This document shows, piece by piece, positions 29,194-33,260 of a DNA stretch of 33,260 bases. The stretch's first letter is position 1; each line of letters starts with the position of its first letter. The DNA is from a virus, in IMG/VR virus record IMGVR_UViG_3300036939_000084, positions 1-33,260 of that record, one strand, 5' to 3'. The notes beneath the pieces were generated by a model, which saw nothing but the letters and a program-made list of their open reading frames with translations, was not told the DNA's origin and did not search any database. The position numbers were made by a program, and so were the translations under genes.

Positions 29194-29829
29194 TTAAGCG
29201 CGATCGCGCTTAATTCTCGCAATACTTCGCTGTGTATCTTCCACTATCTGAGATATTTCCTCCATGTCTGAAGCAAGAACATGTTTTTTAAGCTCCTCAA
29301 AAACCACATCCATGCTTACTTGATGATTGAGTAATAGCAAAAGGATATCATTCTCGTAAAGTGCCGCTCTTGTGAAATTACCCTGTCTGTACATAGACGG
29401 GATAGCGTATAGTTTTAAAACAACCAATCCTTCCACGGATATAATCCGTATTGTTCGTCCATTGATTTCAGTTTCAGATACATAGTCCTCTTGTGCTTTT
29501 TTGAACAAAGGATTAGTAGTAAGTAACAAATCTACCTGAAGTCCCTCAAATTCACCTCTGGCAAAATTTTTATCCTCTCCAGATAGGATTATTTCTGGGA
29601 TTGACTCCAAGTCTTTCCTAGACATCACAAAATCGATATCTTGAGTATTGCGTCCCTCAACATATGACAGCATTGCAATACCGCCTACCAATACGTATTC
29701 TATTTTTCGTTCTTCTAGTATCTCGAACAGTAGTTCTATTGCTTCTGGTAAATTTACGGGACTAGGCATTTCTTTCTTCCAATTTTTGAGATCGAACAAA
29801 GTTCCATTAAAAATTGCATCGGCAATCAT
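29194..29829 (-). CDS. Nucleotidyltransferase-superfamily protein
   Basis: YVLVGGIA...R.TQDIDF motif, plus VDLL and L..LK motifs. Confidence 0.8.
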   Translation of the reverse strand: MIADAIFNGTLFDLKNWKKEMPSPVNLPEAIELLFEILEERKIEYVLVGGIAMLSYVEGRNTQDIDFVMSRKDLESIPEIILSGEDKNFARGEFEGLQVDLLLTTNPLFKKAQEDYVSETEINGRTIRIISVEGLVVLKLYAIPSMYRQGNFTRAALYENDILLLLLNHQVSMDVVFEELKKHVLASDMEEISQIVEDTQRSIARIKRDRA

Positions 29830-29981
29830 GTTTAGTCGCTGTAGTTTTTATAATTTTATCACATTTTTATTAAAGGTTTAATAAAGCCAATTCTTCCAAA
29901 TTGATATCGTGAGACTGAAATTTCGCATGCACTCCGCAAGGCGGCGGGATATCCTTGCCGTTTTGCTTCCTTGGATTATCT

Positions 29982-30920
29982 ATGGTCACCACTCCTAATC
30001 CTGGTTTTCAGGCTCAGCCAGAACCGGAAGAATCTATTACTGCAACCCTCACCCTTGATAAATTTAAGATCAAAAAAGTCCAGCTTCAGGATTTTCCCAA
30101 TACTTTGCCATTGGGATTTTTTCTAGGCGAAAAGAGGATTGTCAACTTTACCCTTAACCCATTTGACCCGGAGCAAGACTTACTTCTCGCCAAGCTTTAC
30201 TCTAATCAGAAAGCAGACCTTAAGCAAATCCTAGGTCAGTTTTTGCCTCATGCTGTCAGCACGATTGGAGAGTACACGATACCAGAGCTAGCAAAACAAT
30301 GCTCTTGCACTCCCCAAAGGTTAATTGAACGGATGCCGTTGGCTGATGCCTTGACCATTGTCCTCAACCAACGAATGGCAAACGTTGGGGAAGAGATTGC
30401 GATTAACGAGCAATGTCCAAATTGCAACACTCGCAACAACGACAACCCAGAAGAGGGACGCCCTTACCACAATTTAGGAGAAGTGGAGATTGGGCTAGTT
30501 CCTCAGTTGAACGACAAGCTACTGCTTGAAGTTAGCTTGAACAAAGGTTTTAAGATTGGTTCTGATTTGTGCAAAAAAGTGGTCATGCAGCCGATGAAGC
30601 TGTACGACCTTCCGAAACTAGCCAAGGTGGCACGGGGGAAATTGGACTTGGCAATGATGTATCTGCAAATTGCCAGCATCCCAGAATCCTCTATACTGGC
30701 TAACGTGAGTGGTCAGATTTTTGACGACGATACCTATTCTGGCATCCGCGACCTTAAAGATAGAGAATCTCTTTTAGCGGCTAGTCGTAAACTTCAACAG
30801 CTTGGTCCCGATATGAACCTAATGCTGAGCTGCTACAACTGCGGTAACGAATGGCGCACGTCGCTTCCTTGGCCAGACTTGCGGAACTTTCTCTTTGCGT
30901 TTGCTAGTCCTACTGATTAG
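29982..30920 (+). CDS. Baseplate hub / tail assembly chaperone-like protein with two CxxC motifs
   Basis: CPNC and CYNC plus a C-terminal W....F, as in T4 gp26/gp51-like proteins. ATG at 29982. Confidence 0.6.
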   Translation: MVTTPNPGFQAQPEPEESITATLTLDKFKIKKVQLQDFPNTLPLGFFLGEKRIVNFTLNPFDPEQDLLLAKLYSNQKADLKQILGQFLPHAVSTIGEYTIPELAKQCSCTPQRLIERMPLADALTIVLNQRMANVGEEIAINEQCPNCNTRNNDNPEEGRPYHNLGEVEIGLVPQLNDKLLLEVSLNKGFKIGSDLCKKVVMQPMKLYDLPKLAKVARGKLDLAMMYLQIASIPESSILANVSGQIFDDDTYSGIRDLKDRESLLAASRKLQQLGPDMNLMLSCYNCGNEWRTSLPWPDLRNFLFAFASPTD

Positions 30921-30977
30921 GTTTCTTATTTTGCAAATTGCAAAAAAAAGCACCCGGCATGTGCCGGGTACTTTTGA

Positions 30978-31451
30978 TTATTCCTCTTCGTCTGAGTTTT
31001 CTTCGTCGTCGAGTTCTTGTTCCAGTTCTTCAACTATCTCTTCGAGTGAACGAAGAACGGAATGGTAGACCTCTAATTTCTCAAGATGCTGTCCACTTGA
31101 AATAAGATTGATGATGCTGAAGTTTTTGGTGTCTATTCCACCGTATTCTTCAACATACTGGTCACAGTATGCTGGTCGATCTAGATGAGAAGAAAGCCAA
31201 TTGAGCAAGTCTCTGTTATAGATGTCTGCTTCAATAGAATCTTCTCGATCTTCCGCGATCGCCTCCAGTGATTCGACTACGAAATTGTACTTGTAATCGT
31301 TTGGCATCATGTTACCATGTGCCTCCTGAATTAAACCTCTCAGCTCTTGAGGAGCTTCGTCTTTCCAGGTATAAGTGGAAAGACCGTTTTCTCCTTCTTT
31401 TTGGTCGAAATAGTTTAGATACTCTTTCGCCAGCTCTTGAATTGTTTTCAT
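30978..31451 (-). CDS. Very acidic protein, Ocr-like DNA-mimic candidate
   Basis: D/E-rich with tail EELEQELDDEENSDEEE and a helical ADIYNRDLLNW core; own promoter. Confidence 0.6.
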   Translation of the reverse strand: MKTIQELAKEYLNYFDQKEGENGLSTYTWKDEAPQELRGLIQEAHGNMMPNDYKYNFVVESLEAIAEDREDSIEADIYNRDLLNWLSSHLDRPAYCDQYVEEYGGIDTKNFSIINLISSGQHLEKLEVYHSVLRSLEEIVEELEQELDDEENSDEEE

Positions 31452-31555
31452 GGCTTATTACCATTTGTTTACTTCATTATTTTATCACAAATTTAATAAT
31501 AAACCTTTAATATAATTGGTCGTTTTGCAGATTGCAGAAAAATTGATCACCTTAT

Positions 31556-31596
31556 AGCAAAGAAGACTCCCGTGTTATGCGGGAGTCTTCTTTGCT
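31556..31596 (-). terminator. Long hairpin after the 70-aa gene
   Basis: AGCAAAGAAGACTCCCG...CGGGAGTCTTCTTTGCT. Confidence 0.7.
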
Positions 31597-31807
31597 AGGC
31601 GTTAAACCGGAATTTTTGGAGCCATGTTGGACCTCCTTCATTCCTCACTTGCTGTAATTCAGCTTTACAATCTCTAAGGCTTGCTGGGTAAATGCCATTT
31701 TTCCAGCATTCACGCAATTTACTTTTCCAGGTTCGACCCCAATGTTTCTTAGCTTTTTGCAAAGCTTGGTACTGGTTATCGTTAACTTCAAGTTTTGCTG
31801 TTTTCAT
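31595..31807 (-). CDS. Small basic hypothetical phage protein
   Basis: 70 aa, bracketed by two near-identical promoter/box A repeats. Confidence 0.75.
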   Translation of the reverse strand: MKTAKLEVNDNQYQALQKAKKHWGRTWKSKLRECWKNGIYPASLRDCKAELQQVRNEGGPTWLQKFRFNA

Positions 31808-32009
31808 TGATTACTATCAACTCTATACTTTATTATTTTATCACAAATTGAATAATAAATCTTTAATATAATTGGTTTTCGCAAGAGGTCTAATATTGAT
31901 AAAATCAGCCAGATTTTGCGGAAATCCCTAACTTGCCTTGCGACTGATGCTGGGAAATCCACCATTTTTGCTCCTAAAATCCCCAAAAAAGATTTATTGA
32001 TTACTGATT

Positions 32010-33152
32010 ATGTCGAAAAACTACGATCATAAGGTATTGCTAGGTGGTGCGTCTTTCCCGGTTATTGGGGAGGGTTTGTTTTTATTTACGGGGCTTGACG
32101 GAGAAGTTACGGGAGTTAATCTGCCATCGCTTAACTTCAGTAAATTTACGCAGGAGATTCCTAGTGATCGCTGGTTTTTCGAGCACAACTTCGGCTACCT
32201 GCCTTTGGTGCAAGTTTATTCGCAGGGTCGGGTAATCACAGAATCTGTCACAGTGAATGTCACTAACACAACAGTCACTGTTCAGACAGACAATGGTGTC
32301 GCAGTCTCTGGATATATTACCTTAATGGGATCTAGTGGTTCGTTCGGAGGGAATTCATCTACACCCAATCCTGACAACGATCTCCTTTCTAGCTTGATGC
32401 AAACGCTCGAAAGCCATGAACGGATGCGGGGCAGAGGATATCATTTACCGGATGAAGGAGTAACCAATGATGAAATAGCAGAAAGTGCTGGTATTTCTTG
32501 GAGCAAAATTTCTAAAGTTGGTGCCAATCCAGTAGATCTTGGCGCACAGCCAGCAGGAGATTATGCTACCCTAGTCAACGGTGTTGTCCCGACCAGTTTA
32601 CTACCAACAAGTTCGATAATTAATATTTATTCTGCTGGCTCAGAGTCTGCTATGTTGGCGATAGGCGGTGAGCAAGGTGATATGGTTTTGCGAACAGACT
32701 TCACACCACCGGAAGTCTGGATGTTGATAGGTTCATCAGCTTCAGTATTAAGTAGCTGGCGGCGAACGGATGTGACAGTAACTTCCGTCAATGGGCAGAT
32801 CGGTTCAGTTGTTTTAAGCGCTTCAGACGTCGGCGCATTACCTGCCAACGATCCCTCTGTTACGAACGCAAGGGTTCCTTCTGGGAATGCTGGAGGAGAC
32901 CTTGAAGGAAGTTACCCAAACCCGATTCTCAGAGCGACTCCGCTGGGACGAAGAATTTTACAGCAGCTAACAGCAGGAATTACCAATGCTGAAATTGCTC
33001 CAAATGCTGCGATTGCCTGGAATAAGATCTCGAAAGTTGGCGCTGAGCCGAGTGATATCGGAGGATTTACGAGGACAGATATTGAAGAAATTATTGCCGA
33101 TTACTTAGCGACACATCCATCAGATTATTACTTTGGGAGGATGTTTGGGTAA
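32010..33152 (+). CDS. Tail fibre / virion appendage-like protein
   Basis: VTSVNGQIGSVVLSASDVGA fibre repeat, AGGDLEGSYPNP, and a duplicated TN.EIA..A.I.W.KISKVGA.P.D.G motif. Confidence 0.7.
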   Translation: MSKNYDHKVLLGGASFPVIGEGLFLFTGLDGEVTGVNLPSLNFSKFTQEIPSDRWFFEHNFGYLPLVQVYSQGRVITESVTVNVTNTTVTVQTDNGVAVSGYITLMGSSGSFGGNSSTPNPDNDLLSSLMQTLESHERMRGRGYHLPDEGVTNDEIAESAGISWSKISKVGANPVDLGAQPAGDYATLVNGVVPTSLLPTSSIINIYSAGSESAMLAIGGEQGDMVLRTDFTPPEVWMLIGSSASVLSSWRRTDVTVTSVNGQIGSVVLSASDVGALPANDPSVTNARVPSGNAGGDLEGSYPNPILRATPLGRRILQQLTAGITNAEIAPNAAIAWNKISKVGAEPSDIGGFTRTDIEEIIADYLATHPSDYYFGRMFG

Positions 33153-33260
33153 ACCACCTGTGCGATAGCTTCCGATTGGCGTAGGATTCTTTTCCCTAGA
33201 ACATTTTTGATTAAAAGCACAAAAAAATGGTATCGACTGCATACAGCTTCGTAGCGCAGA

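Larger units (their letters stand above)
1568..31262. repeat. HIP1 octamer GCGATCGC, about 30 copies
   Basis: Counted by eye; fewer than one is expected by chance in 33 kb. Hallmark of cyanobacterial DNA. Confidence 0.93.
1174..31539. repeat. Box B: dispersed 17-bp palindrome TTTYGCAA-W-TTGCAAAA
   Basis: Copies start at 1174, 1595, 3943, 5987, 14664 (degenerate), 14715, 21689, 30929 and 31523, mostly next to stop codons or terminators. Confidence 0.85.
1507..31845. promoter_or_regulatory. Repeated extended -10 promoter motif TGTGATAAAAT(N6-9)GTAAACA upstream of small genes
   Basis: Seen, oriented toward the adjacent gene, near 1507(-), 5358(-), 5910(-), 9006(+), 9718(+), 10595(+), 11615(-), 14649(-), 15727(+), 16034(+), 26159(-), 29853(-), 31479(-) and 31835(-). 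Confidence 0.8.
1112..31868. repeat. Box A: dispersed 16-bp palindrome TAWTAAA-NN-TTTAWTA, 16 copies
   Basis: Copies start at 1112, 1528, 3875, 4995, 5927, 6997, 9686, 11324 (partial), 11689, 15707, 16489, 21709, 27627, 29868, 31497 and 31853. The core is GG/CC in 12 of 16. Confidence 0.95.

Noticed and set aside
4408-30920. eCIS, tailocin or T6SS locus
   Set aside because: A terminase, helicase and early-type genes point to a DNA-packaging phage, although no capsid or portal gene lies in this window.

Overview
33 kb of a large, probably temperate, contractile-tailed (myovirus-like) phage or phage-plasmid of a cyanobacterium. About 30 HIP1 GCGATCGC sites were counted by eye. Recognisable genes: RecD2-like helicase, GpA-type terminase, gp25-like wedge, tail sheath, tail tube, spike-like protein, CxxC hub/chaperone, tail fibre-like protein, SNase-like nuclease, nucleotidyltransferase, HTH regulator and two antirepressor-like paralogues. 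Virion genes do not form one operon. They are scattered on both strands among small, often acidic, single-gene cassettes, each with a shared TGTGATAAAAT promoter motif. Junctions are marked by two dispersed palindromes: box A (TATTAAA-GG-TTTAATA, 16 copies) and box B (TTTTGCAA-W-TTGCAAAA, about 9 copies). The tail tube gene is split by an 887-nt ORF-less group II intron that splices in frame. An IS608-type tnpA/tnpB element sits in the leader of the HTH gene. Other candidates: a type I toxin-antitoxin module, a duplicated structured leader RNA, and terminator-like hairpins directly in front of late genes. All product calls come from motif recognition, not database searches.
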